Shown here piece by piece: positions 15,801 to 28,100 of a stretch of 64,000 bases of DNA. Origin of the DNA: Lytechinus pictus (lineage: Eukaryota). A program made the translations under genes and the position numbers. Location of the stretch: the NCBI RefSeq assembly GCF_037042905.1, contig NC_087251.1:17362001-17426000 (forward strand), given 5' to 3'. Position 1 is the first letter of the stretch. Each line of letters begins with the position of its first letter. The notes below the pieces were generated by a model that was given only the letters and a program-made list of their open reading frames with translations, did no database searches and had not been told where the DNA came from.

Positions 15801-16177
15801 ATATATCTCATCTTATTTCTACTTCGTTTTTTGTTTCCCCATTTCTTTTTTTTCATTAAATGTATTCATGATATTTAGATCCGTCTGTTAATTGTGTATC
15901 GATCTATAAGATGATGAAAATGAATATTGAACCTTATTTTATTCTCAATAGATTACTTTTACAAGTATTGTTGCCGAGTTAAATTCAAGATAAACTATAT
16001 ATTTTACCATCAATTTTGAATAAGTATATCAGTTTGCTTTTCTGAAGTATTAAACCACCGTGACTTAGTGATATTCATCTTAAAAATGTTTATTCTCTCT
16101 CTCCCTTAGATAATTATGGAGAAAAAACGGAGGAAGACAATGAACAAGAAGCTGCAGAAGAAACAACAAATGATTGA
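779..16177 (+). CDS. CATSPERE: Cation channel sperm-associated auxiliary subunit epsilon-like; 5'-partial, 23 exons, ~834 aa in window
   Basis: Phase-consistent exons 779-900, 1716-1811, 2304-2444, 2628-2700, 3384-3501, 4593-4654, 4993-5136 (GC donor), 5541-5709, 6609-6692, 7613-7782, 8058-8140, 8932-9013, 9325-9438, 9598-9681, 10077-10214, 11470-11564, 11884-11929, 12379-12458, 12943-13042, 13738-13827, 14484-14644, 15283-15467, 16110-16177 (TGA); total 2505 nt, open. The C-terminal part (ACPPHRHIRV; YGCP...FKPEIDLYD; AGCLRLAQTW...WGPHNYENCF...PYQILN...VVDPYYSYCSL, then one TM helix) matches my recollection of CatSper-epsilon (AGCL..AQTW...WGPENYKHCF...DPNYSFCNL). The paralogue CATSPERD is less likely. 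Confidence 0.88.
1047..1176. mobile_element. Short Harbinger-like MITE; related copies at ~14750-14920 and ~32262-32400
   Basis: GGGGAGCGTTTCAT...ATGAAATGCTCCC inverted ends. Confidence 0.55.
4284..4474. mobile_element. Degenerate Tc1/pogo-like MITE
   Basis: TA-CATTGGAACCTGTTTATTACGACCACC ... GGTGGCCAATAAACCAGGTTTGAC imperfect TIRs. Confidence 0.5.
10537..11224 (-). mobile_element. Second copy of the Helentron-like tandem-repeat element (CATSPERE intron)
   Basis: Reverse-complement similarity to 45492-46598, including both ends and about three internal units. Confidence 0.7.
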
Positions 16178-16240
16178 AGACTATGATTTTGTACCGGTAG
16201 TTTGCAAAGTAATCATGCATAATTTCTTACATTCTGACGT

Positions 16241-17213
16241 CTGCTGGAAAGAGCGGTGTGTACCACAGTGTGTTTCATATTGATGCACACTGTGTTTCAC
16301 ATTGTGATTGACATTGTGTCATACCGTGAATCATACTGTTAAATTCTAGCATTCTAACAGTGTGAATAAGTGTGCACAGTCTCACACTAAGTTTCACAGT
16401 GTGGCGACATCTTGATGACCCACTGGAATATTTTCACAGGATTGCTACAAGGAAAATTTGTTGACTTTACACCCAAGCATTCCTTGATAAACTCCTTGGT
16501 TACAATACTGTGGAGGGGGGCATACTGAACACATTGTGATCACAGTCCATTGTATGAACAAATTGTGAACACAGTCGATAGCACAGTCCACTATATGAAC
16601 ACATTCCGCTATATTTGAGCAGATTGTGAACACAGTTCACTATATGAATATATTGTGAACACAGTCCACTATATGAACTTATTGTGAACACAGTCCCATG
16701 GCCACTATAAGAACTAATTGTGAACCCAGTCTGCTATATGAATGCGTAGTGCACACAGTCCACTAAATATAAGCACATTAATTGTGAACACAGTCAGCTA
16801 TTTAACTGCATGAACACATTAATTGTGAACACAGTCAGCTATTTAAACACATCGTGAATACAGTGTATACTAGATGATCATACTGTGAACACATAGTCCA
16901 TTGAAAGAACACATTGTGAACACATGCAGTCCGCTATGTGAACACATTGTGAAAACAGTCCGCTATATGAACACATTGTGAACACAGTCCACTATATGGA
17001 CATATTGTGAACACAGTCCACAATATGGACACATTGTGAACACAGTCCGCTATATGAACACATTGTGAACACAGTCCACTATATGGACACATTGTGAACA
17101 CAGTCCGTTATATGAACACATTGTGAGCACAGTCCACTATATGAACACATTGTGACACAGTCGACTATACGAACATATTATGAGCCCCTTGTGGGACGTT
17201 GCTCTTTCCAGCA
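16241..17213. mobile_element. TIR element enclosing a 29-bp minisatellite, just after the CATSPERE stop codon
   Basis: TGCTGGAAAGAGC (16242) / GCTCTTTCCAGCA (17201-17213). A partial relative ends at ~36402 (CTTTCCAGTGGG). Confidence 0.65.
16525..17180 (+). repeat. Minisatellite, ~29-bp unit GAACACATTGTGAACACAGTCCACTATAT, about 20 degenerate copies
   Basis: Directly visible tandem units with no unique spacers. Confidence 0.92.
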
Positions 17214-19133
17214 AAGATAATTTGTGCCAGCTTACAGAGAGTTGTGATTGAATTAAAATTGAGTTTGAGTGATCAAAATTTTATTTATTCTTTCATTTCC
17301 ACTTCAACAAAATTTACAGTGTCAAGCAGAATTTTAAAAATTGCAGAAATTACAAAAGGGCGCCCACTGGAAACCATATATAGCTTGTTTATGCATGTTT
17401 CCTGCCATATATAAATCATTAGAATATAAATTTTCTTCATTGACATTCAGATGATAATTAACAAGGATCAACAGAATATAAAAAAATATAGTGAGTTTAA
17501 TTATTATAATGATTATAACGAGTATCATAATAATACTAAGTATAATGATAACAAGTTCATCTTTTATCGGGTGGGGATGATCACATTATGAAATTTCCAA
17601 GCTTCCACCATCCGATACATAACCAATTGTATATTTCTCATCAGCTTTTATGAACTTCTTACTGTCTTTTTTTTTGGGGGGGGGGGGGCGGGTTGTCAAG
17701 AATTATCAAAGTCACGAGTTGGTTACAGAAACCCTTATAAAAAATGTGCGAACTTTTTACGGAGCGAAATTGAACTACAGTACCTTGAATAAACAGTTAC
17801 TTTTGGAACTTGGTTTGCACGCCCCCTCCAACTGGAAAAAGAAGGGGAAAAAGCATGAAAAGCTTTATTCAATGGAATGTAATCCTGTATTTGTTTGAGG
17901 CAATTAACCTTGCTATTCATGTACATATATAATTCCTAAGTTTATAAAGTGCAATTAATCTCGTTCTTGTTAGTGTTCTCGTTTTATATAATGGCTTTCT
18001 TCGAAGGAGTCAACTTATGATGATTAAAAAAAAACCTTGGCCTTTTCCTGCATTGCACCACCATGGATCTTGGTGTTGTTTTTTTTTAAACATAATGCAT
18101 ATATTATTATAAAACCTGTTGTGAGAGTGAAAAGATTATACTTTTACGAAGTTGTTTTCATCCTATACTAGTAATATTCTGATAACGTAATAAAATGTGT
18201 GAGTATTGTATCATGTTTGATTCTCTTGAATTATATTATGTTACTTATAAAATGTACATGTATTTTAGATGCTTTTTGCAAAAAAAAAAAAATATGTGAT
18301 AAGTTTTTGATTGTAATTAAAATTGACATATCAAAGCATACGTATCATTTTCTTATATAGTAAAGATTTGTTTGAATTAAATGTTCTTCAAGTTGGGAAA
18401 ACAAATGTATATTGCCTTTTTTGTTAGTTTTTCTTTTGATATTTTTTTGCTTGGCGCATACATTTATGTCATACTACTTTTTCAGCCTGATCAATAACAA
18501 AGCTGTGTTTATAAAATATGGTCGCATCGTATTTAAAATATTGCTTCCCGTCTTACACTGGGTTACAAGCTTCACGCTCGCATTATTTGACTAGCGATGA
18601 CCATTCCTGAATTCCAACGGACAGTGTTTGAAATTCTCCAGGCTGAAAATAATGTTTTGAACTAACACTGAAAATATCAAAATCTGACAAGGAATAACGA
18701 AGTTATGCCATTTCAAATATTTGCATTATTTCGATGAACAGGACGTCTATGCAATTCATTGATATTCAGTGAGAATATTCCCACTTGTTCTTTTGTATTT
18801 TTATTACACTGAAGAGTACATTTCACAACTTTCTGATGTTTATCCATTGAAAATTACAACTAAAAATTTTTCCATCTTTTCTAAGAATGGTGACTTTCGG
18901 ATATCTTATTCCTTCAAATTTTGCACTGATGGTGTGAACTTGTATTCACAATATGTAACTAAAAATTGAATGCATATAACTTGTGTAAAGTAGCAAAATT
19001 GCCCAATTCCAATTTTTTTTAATGCGATATGATGCATATTAAAGATGCGTATATTTATATTTAAAAAAAAAAAAAATCAATTTTGGTAAAAAATGGATTA
19101 AGCCCTTTTTAGAATCAAGCTCGTTATGTTTAA

Positions 19134-20345
19134 CCCCCCTAAAAGGACTGGGGGCCATCATGCCCCCCCTCGACGCTTCGCGCGATATTTCCGAAACGCA
19201 AAAAAGATAGCGCCGCAAAATTTTATGACTTTTCTTTGAATTCTCGCGGAACTTGAGACCAATTCGTGACATACGGGTGAAGCATCGCGACGGCACGTGA
19301 CTTTTTACGAGACAATGTCATGCAGAAAATGGCTAATTTTTAAACGTTGTGTACAAAGTCTATGGGAGATGAAATTCATAAAAGGGTGATTATTTTTCGC
19401 TCAAATTGGTCTGCTTCGTTAATTTAGGGTTTAATTGAATTTTCAATTGGTCTGTAATAATTTCTATCAAAAAACAATGAAAAACAAAAGATGAAAAAAA
19501 ATATTCTAAAAACAGAAAAATACATAAGGAAAAAATTGGCTTTCGCAATTTTTCTTTGTAGAAACCTTTAAATTAGATTACAAAGATGCATGATATGTGG
19601 AAAAAAGAAGAAAATTTTATGTTAAAGGACAAGTCCACCCCAACAAAAAGTTGATTTGATTAATAAGAGAAAAATTTAACGAGCATAACACTGAAAATCT
19701 CATCAAATTGGATGTAAAATAAGAAAGTTATGACATTTTTAAGTTTCGCATAATTTCACATAATAGTTATATGCACATCCTGGTCGGTATGCAAATGAGG
19801 GAACTGATGACATCACTCACTCACTTTTTCTTTTGTATGAAATATTCTAATTTTCTCCTCACTGTCCTGTGAAAGTTTTATTTCTCACTGAACATGTGGA
19901 GTTACCATTGCTAACATATGGTTCAGTCAAGTTGGTCTTTATTGTCAAATCTGTATAAATTGAAATATTATTTAATTCAAACAATAAAAAACAAAAGAAA
20001 TAGTGAGTGAGGGACATCATCAATTCTCTCATATGCATGTGGGTAAATTGTGCATATAACTATTTTGTGAACAAAAAGCGAAATTTCAAAATGTCATAAC
20101 TTTCTTATTTTACATCCGATTTTGATGAAATTTTCAGCATTATGCTTGTCTGTTTTTTTTTTCTGTTGATTCAACACAACTTTTTTCTGTGGTGGACTTG
20201 ACCTTTAAATAAGCAAATAATGTTTTTCACGAATAAATTTGCATATTTTTTTATTCATAACAAATAAAAATAATAATTGTTCTCATAAATTTTTTTATAA
20301 TGGCTTGTAGCTTATGCGAGAAAAATTTCCCCCGATCAGCCGCTC
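19134..20345. mobile_element. Truncated piggyBac-like MITE hosting a Kolobok-like MITE
   Basis: Starts TTAA-CCCCCCTAAAAGG, is similar to 30409-30985, and is interrupted at 19622-20208. Confidence 0.55.
19626..20204. mobile_element. Kolobok/T2-like MITE family A
   Basis: TTAA-AGGACAAGTCCACC...GGTGGACTTGACCT-TTAA; long internal inverted arms. Confidence 0.85.
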
Positions 20346-20778
20346 AGAATTGAATTTTATTCCTTTTTTTTGAAGGGGTAGTCGCTATATAGCCTACCTG
20401 AAACATCACAAATATGTAACAATCTCATAAGCCCCATTCAAATCAGTAGTGCGAGCGCGAGCTAAAATTTTTGGAAATTTCATATACTTTGTCCTGAAAA
20501 TTGAACAGTAGAACAATAGCCTACCTATGTCCTGAAAATTGAAAAGTAGAATAATATAGGCCACCCAAACATAAATATATAATAATCGCATAAGCCCAAA
20601 TAGCGCGAGCTAAAATTTATGTAAATTTCATGTATTTTGTCCTGAAAATTGAACATTCTGGGCAAAGAATGTTTGTGATCCTGCATAAACAAGTTGCGTA
20701 TGTATAATTACTGTGAAGCGCAAGAAAGTTTTAATATACATGTATATTATCTAGCCTGATCGAAAAGGGACCTGTTTG

Positions 20779-21350
20779 AAGGACAAAGTCCACCCCAACA
20801 AAAAGTTGATTTGAATATAAAAAATTTCTTCAAAATCGGATGTAAAATGAAGAAAGTTATGAAATTTTAAAATTTCGCTTAATTTCACGAATGACTTATA
20901 TGCACATCCTGGTCGGTATGCAAATGAGCAGACTGATGCCGCCTATACGTCATCCACTCGCACTATTTCTTTTGTATTTATTATATGAAATATTTAAAAA
21001 ATCTTATTTTCTCGTCATGTAAAACAGAATTTTATGCATCCCTGAAAATTTGGAATTATCATTATTTTAACAGTTTATGGATAAGTCAGTTGGTCCTTGT
21101 CAAATCTGTAAAAGTTGATGTATAATTCAAACAATAAAAAAAAAATAGTGATCGAGTGAGGGACATCATCATCAACTCTCTCATTTGCATATCACCGAGT
21201 TGTGCATAAATAATTGTTTTGTGAAAAAGAAGTGAAAATTGAAAAATGTCAAACTATACATCCGATTTCGATGAAATTTTCAGTGTTATGCTTGCCCGGG
21301 TATGCTTGTCTAATTTTTCTATATTGATTCAAATCAACAATTTTCTGTGG
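20779..21350. mobile_element. Kolobok-like MITE family A, degenerate ends
   Basis: Colinear with 19626-20204. Confidence 0.75.
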
Positions 21351-21602
21351 TTACAGTTACCATAAGACAATAGATATTTCAACAATTATATAATGTGAAA
21401 ATTTTCGAGCTGAGTTTTTTTTACTTTCTGACCCCAAAAATGGCTTCTATAAGCACTGTTTTGAGATAGGTACCGGTATATCAGGGGCCGCGGAAGCGGG
21501 GGGAGGGGGGCTTCAGCCCCGCTTCCGCGGCCCCTGATATACCGGGGGGGGGGGGGGCTTTTTTCTAAAACCGTGTTCAAAAAACGTAAAAATGACCATA
21601 GG

Positions 21603-21926
21603 CACTGGCGTACCTAGGATTTTCCAGAAGGGGGGCACATTTTTTGGAGGATATTTCGTCCGCGAAAAGTTTTGACAAGCAGAAAAAAAAAAGGTCTTCA
21701 ACTAATGCCTTCAACCACAAATCATGAAAGGATTTCTTACCACAAAAAAAATTGACAAGCAAAAAAAAAAAAGGTCTTCACGTTCTCGTCAGGGGGGCAT
21801 GGATACACACATCCCCTGCTTAGTGTCTAAAGACGTCGTGTCGAGATTCCCGGGGCAAATCCCCTGCATGAGTTGTGACTCGTCAGGGGGGCACTCTGCC
21901 CCCCCCCCCCCTTAGGTACGCTAGTG
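21603..21926. mobile_element. hAT-like MITE nested in another GC-rich MITE (21482-22000)
   Basis: CACTGGCGTACCTA...TAGGTACGCTAGTG; perfect 8-bp TSD ACCATAGG. An uninterrupted host relative is at 59249-59388. Confidence 0.8.
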
Positions 21927-22079
21927 ACCATAGGATTGTGATTTTTTGCATGGTCAGCCCCCCCCCCCCCCCCCCACTTTGAAAACCGTTCCGCGGCCCC
22001 ACGATTGATGCGAGCGCGATGAACGACTTGAACCAGTACCGTACCAGTACAAAGTTCTAAACCGTAAAATATTATAGAC

Positions 22080-22711
22080 GGCTTGAAAATATCTAACTTT
22101 GCAACTGCAGATTTGTCAAGTTCGTGAGACCGACACAGGTAACTATGATTTATTTTCTCGTTTACTCTAGTTTGAAATGATGAAATGTATGATCTGATTT
22201 TTGTTATATCTGTTTGAACATTGTAGAATCATAAATTATACTTGTGATGGCCATATGTAGAGTATATGTTTGTGAAATTCTGCCCTTTCCGCTCTCTTCT
22301 TGACGAGTGTGCGTGACGACTTGGCTAGCTGTACGGTCGACTGTGGCTATGCATAGAGCGCATACCGAAGACCATTGTGATTTCAGTTGCGTGCGATTAT
22401 TATACACTCCCTTCGCCATCTATTAGACACGTTTTCGTGAAAAATGAGTGCAGGACGCCAGTAAAGTTTGGAAGTTCGGAACAGATGACATTTTTTTTTT
22501 AATGATCAGTTTCCGACTGCACTCTTTGCGTGTGAAATGTTTTGGTCACTGGTATGTTAGGAACTAACCCAGGGAGCTCCGGCCCGCGCAGCCGGAGCTC
22601 CCGGCCCTGCCCCTGGCAACCGTTAGTTAGGAACATCACCATGTTTTTTCTGTGGGAAATTTCACAAAAATCAAGCACTAGCAGTAGCACTGAACCAATT
22701 TCATCGTAAGT
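22080..22711 (+). promoter_or_regulatory. Probable promoter / 5' non-coding exon region of the ATP5MJ-like gene
   Basis: Locally CpG-rich. Pyrimidine tract CCCTTTCCGCTCTCTTC at ~22283, YY1-like CGCCATCT at ~22414, and strong donors CAG|GTAACT (22138) and ATC|GTAAGT (22705). The exact first exon cannot be resolved. Confidence 0.45.
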
Positions 22712-22873
22712 AGTAATATTTGGAAAAATGCTTACGAAAAGCCATGGTCAGTCATTTAAAGATTGGAAAAAAAATTATTTCACACACAATTCAGGGATTT
22801 TATTTAATGAAACGGGCTGTATTTTAAGGCCTTAGGCTTTACATGAAGCGTCTCGAGTTCAATATTACATGTA

Positions 22874-23775
22874 TGGTTGGAACTACCCCTTATCGACCAC
22901 CTAATCTTCTAAGCATCGTATCTGCAAAAATATTCATCAATTTTACCCAGTTTTCGTCTCATTTGTGCAGAAAATTGAGCAGATCAGATTCCCATGTTTC
23001 GCTCGGCGACTCCGATTCGATCCGCGTATATATCGACGAACAACGAATACGACAATTTTGTATTTGCTCATTTGCACCCGTCTTTTGAAACCGACCACCC
23101 GTGATACACTAAGTTTACGGCCGATTCTTGTCGCGGTGGCGAAATATTTTTATTCTTCCAAATCAGTTCTATGATGTCAACATGCTAAATGATCGTCTCA
23201 CTACTTCCACTGCGAGCTCCGGCACATGATTCGACGATTGACGACGGATATTTGTTCTAAAGCCGTTTCCTATCGGATTTCTTGGTTTTTTAGCGGGGTT
23301 TGGGTCTGGTCAATACATTAGAATATCTTAGAACGACAAGTAGTGAACCACAATAAAGGTTACACTATTCAATCAACAAACACTGAACAATTAAAACAAT
23401 CTTTTTTTGTGAGTACCCCTCTGGCTTGGAACCATCTCCCACCTGACACAGTGAACAGTACATCACTAGAGGTGTTCAAGTCAAAGATAAAAAAAAGAGC
23501 TACCTACGATACGACTAAATATCACCGTGCCCTCTCACCCGCTGCATTCATACCAATTGGTCCAGCAGTGTACACATCCAGATACAATTTTGATTAATTC
23601 TATTAAATTTTTACTTTTTGTTGCTTCTTTTTTTCTCGTACAATCGATTCTTACCGTTTCTATGGACACTGCGCCTACTCTCCCGCGCGTATCGTTTGTA
23701 ATACGCAATAATTTTTACGCGCGCAAGGTGGTCGGTTTCAAAAGAGGTGCAGGTCGATATGTGGTGGTCTCACTA
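22874..23775. mobile_element. TA-flanked MITE containing a LINE 3' fragment
   Basis: Near-identical to 47509-48142 except for the insertion at 23318-23586. Confidence 0.8.
23318..23586 (+). mobile_element. 5'-truncated CR1/Jockey-group LINE 3' end
   Basis: Encodes SFFVSTPLAWNHLPPDTVNSTSLEVFKSKI, a typical ORF2 C-terminus. ATACA is duplicated at the junctions. Confidence 0.7.
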
Positions 23776-24107
23776 TATTTCATCATCTTTAACTGAATTT
23801 TTCATGAATATTTGTTTATGTAATCAGATGTACATGTAAGGGTCACTGAGCAGATTAAAGGTACCACACCACATTAGTTTGCAAAAGCCATCCAAAGGGA
23901 TTTTAAAAAAAAGGCCCAAAATACATTTTCCATTTTTTGTTTTCTCAAAAATATTTTTTTCGTTATTCTTTGTTCTTTGATGGGATTTTACCTCATCCCC
24001 CCCCCCCTCCGCTTTCCATTAAAGCAACTTTATGTCCAGAAGGAATCCCCTTTATTATGGAGGGTTGGGATACTTCCCAATATGTGAAGATACAGTGCCA
24101 TTATTAA

Positions 24108-24711
24108 AGGACAAGTCCACCCCAACAAAAAGTTTATTTGAATAAAAAGAGAAAATTTCAACAAGCATAACACTGAAAATTTCATCAAAATCGGATGTAA
24201 AATAAGAAAGTTATGGCATTTTAAAGGTTCGCTTCATTTCACAAAACAGTTATATATGCACATCTCGGTCGGTATGCAAATGAGGAACTGATGACATCAC
24301 TCACTCACTATTTCTTTTGTATTTTATTATATGAAATATGAAATATTTTTATTTTCTCGTCATTGTCATGTGAAATGAAGTTTCATTCCTCCCTGAACAC
24401 GTGGATTTCCATCATTTTAACATTTTGTGCTTCAGGCAAGGAGGTCCTAATCGTCAAATTCGTAAAAATTGAAATATTTTCTAATTCAAACAATAAAAAA
24501 CAAAAGAAATAGTGAATGAGTGACATCATCGACTCTCTCATTTGGATGTAACTGGCTCGTTCATATAAATATTTTGTTAAAAATAAGCGAAACTTTAAAA
24601 TGTCATAACTTTCTTATTTTACATCCGATTTTGATGAAATTTTCAGCATTGTGCTTGTCTGATTTTTCTCTATTGATTCAAATCAACATTTTTCTGAGGT
24701 GGACTTGACCT
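24108..24711. mobile_element. Kolobok-like MITE family A
   Basis: TTAA TSD and AGG...CCT termini; near-identical in reverse to 59810-60401. Confidence 0.88.
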
Positions 24712-25184
24712 TTAATGAATCAATTTCACATGAAAATGCCTAATGGAGTGTATAGTAGGCCCCAAAATCTGTGAATATGTAGCTTTAGTTTTGAATTTTC
24801 TTGTTGAGACCCATATCACCACTTCAAACATTTTGAAAGTTAATTTCTATTTCAAAAAAAGACCAGTAGATCAATATTTTCCTCTGATGAGGGGTACAAC
24901 TTTGTGGCTTCAATGGCAATCCCTGAGCTGGAACTAAATTGAGTACTCGAGCATTTTAACACTCTCCCTTTGATAATACCCTCCATGACAGATGGTCAAT
25001 AAAAACAGGATTTCTCAGAAATTATCAGAGCTTAATATTCAATCAGTGCTGACTCTTTTTATGAAACACCCCCTGCTTCCTACCCCCATCATATCCAACA
25101 GGTGAATTTGCCAGTGAATGAATGGTTTCTTATTTTGATTTTGTGGTTTCCATGTATTTTTATTTTATTACAGAATCAATCACA

Positions 25185-28100
25185 ATGCCTAACAGTGCTT
25201 GGCCAGCTCAGCCCATGAAGGTCTTGGGACCTCAGATTAGACATTGGGGACCATTCATGGTACCTTGCATGTTGATTACCGGTTATGTTATGGCTAAGGC
25301 TTCATTAGCAGGATGTAAGTAATATGTATATTGTTTCATGTAGACATATTTCATATTATCAGCTTTTGATGAAATGAAAATTAACTGTTGACCCAAGAAT
25401 TATAATAAGAATACAAAAAAAATGCCCCCCCCAAAAAAAAAAGTGTATTGGAATTTGGAGCCAGCAATGCGATATCCCAATATAAGTTAGTCTTTCCCTT
25501 AGCATCTGGATTTTTTACGTTTTTGTTTTTTGCAATGGAGCATGATATGACTTTAAATCATGAGGCAATGTGTAGAATAATATACATAATTTCATCTAGG
25601 CCTTGGTCGGAACCGATGGAATACTGGAATCCGTCAGATGTGCGCAGGTTCCGATTTTGTGATTTCTATTCCGGTATTCCGATAAAACAATGTTATACAT
25701 AACAAATAATTTAACGTTTTCTTCTTAATATCTTGATATAATTATCAAGTATGTTTTATTCAGTTTTAATCATAACCCAGGTTTCTTTGTTACATTTCAG
25801 GTGACCACCAAGAAAAATATGAGAAGACGGGGGAAAAAAACATACATGTTTACATGGCCATCTTGTTCTCTGTTTTTTAGTAGCTAAGCTACTAGGCAAA
25901 ATATAGAGGGCAGCAGACTATATATGAGGCAAAAATATAGAGGGTGTCAGACTCTATATGCGTCTTGTAGTTTACATACATGTAGCTACAAACAAAGAGA
26001 ACAAGATGGCCACGATAACATTGGCAAGTTTTTTCCCTGTCTTATAATTTTTTTCTTTTTCTTTTAATGAAGACCACGTAAACATCAGCAAGTTTTTTCC
26101 TGTTTTCTCATATTTTTTTTATTTTTTAAATGAACATTTGTTTGAAAATGAAAAAAAAAAAAAAATATTGTATAATCTGTGACTTCTTTGTACTTCCCCG
26201 TTTGTGAATTCATTTATCGGGATACTGGATTCCGACCGGGGCAACACCGGCGGATTCCTGCACATAAAAATTCTGACATGACTCAGGTCTAATTTCATTG
26301 TGAAACTGGGTGGGTCAGCCCGCAAATGATATTACTTTCCCCAGAAAAGGTGATGATTTTACTTTCAGTGCATGTACAAGTAGAAACCATTGATTCTATA
26401 GTTTCCCCATCCTTTCTTCACTTCTGAGGTGTAATTTTCATAAATATTCAACACATGTAGAGTGGTGTCTGGTCAATAAAAAGTAAATTCCAGTTGCAGT
26501 GACCATTCATAAAATGAGCAGCATAATCCAACAAATTAAACTGCTAAGTGTTTGTATTGAATAAAATCCTGTGCCAAAATTAGAGGGATGTTGGTACAAA
26601 TCCTACTTCAAGCAATAATTTTCAAGAAATTATTTGACAATATGCTGCACGCATGACTTGACCCTGGTGAAGTACATGTAAATCATGGGTACCTGGTTGT
26701 CTTTTCATAAAGCTATTCGAAGTTATGAGCGACTTCACAAACGACTGGTATCCCTTTCTTAGGAGCTAAATCCACTCCAGTGAAAAATTTGGTGTTTATA
26801 ATTTAGCTAAAGGATCATTAGTCATTAGTAAAGTCCCTTATAAGTTACGAACAGCTTTATGTGCCCACCTGGTAAGATTTATTCCTTAACTGCTTTAGTG
26901 CCTACAATGGTAGCCCAGCTACATATATAGCCAGGGTGATGACATGCATTAAGTGAAGTAGAGTATTATAAGGCCTACGTAGGTTCTTTGATGAAGAGAT
27001 ATTAAGTAAATATTGTATTTCTGTTTATTTAATTCTGCAGACAGAGCAAACAAAGCAGCAGCAGCGGCAGGTGGTGGATCAGGTAATTACACTTTCAGAT
27101 TTTTAGTTCTTTTTGCTATTTTCAATGATTTTTCCATTTATGTTGACACATTCAAATAAATTCAGATCTCCTAATTTTTGCATGGGGTAACATGAAAGGG
27201 GTTTATGATTCAGAGAAGTAGGGAGAGAGGAGTAGAGCTATCCAAGTACTCTGTCTTGGAACTGGGAGAAATCCTGAAAAATCTGTATCATTTCAAGAAT
27301 GAATAGTGGAAGGCGGGGTAAGTTGAGCATGGGGGCAAGTTGAGCCACCACCCCCAGGCCAATAAGGAATGAGTCAGACATTGTGGTGGTGTCATGCATT
27401 GATGACCCATTATATAACCCTTAACCCCACCACATTATTTTCAACTTTGAAACAAAAAGTACTTTTATAGAGGGAAAAATACAAATTTCAGCCAAAAAAG
27501 TAAAAAAAATGGTGTGATATAGAAAAGTGCTTTTTACCCACACACGTCTTTAAATGTAACAAAGAAATAAGAACAATATTGTTAGTCCAGGTATGGATTC
27601 TCATTCTTGTCATAGTCTTTTACATGATGGATGCATAAGAAATGTGTGGATGTGAAAATATCGCATTAAGATCGGACTGGGGTAATGTGTGCCAGCCAAC
27701 ATGGGGCAAGTTGTGCCATGGTAATTCTTATGGTAATGTATAATAAAAAATAAAAAAACCTTAAAAGCCATTGATATGGAGGCAGAACAGAGCAAATTCA
27801 CATGACAGTTCTTTTACTTTTAGAGGATGTTAGCATTTATAGAGAATTAGCAAGTGAAAAGTCTTTAAATAAAATGTTGACACGCCGGTTCTTCCCGCAT
27901 ACATTTTGTACATAGTTTTTGTGGCTCAACTTACCCCAGAAGGTAGCACAACTTACCCCACAGATGGGGCAAGTTGAGCCATTTGACATCGTTTTTTTCA
28001 AAGGTCACAATGACTTTCAGTGTGGGGGTAGAAAGTTATATATAGGTGAAAAAAATATTTCCCAAGAATCAAATTTAAAGGCAAGGTACTTAATACTACA

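Noticed and set aside
16525..17180. CRISPR-like array
   Set aside because: Contiguous tandem units without unique spacers, eukaryotic context and no cas genes.
24520..24708. Repeated ORF MTSSTLSFGCNW... (also 59819-60001, 28168-28350)
   Set aside because: Chance ORF in MITE arms with no transposase motifs.
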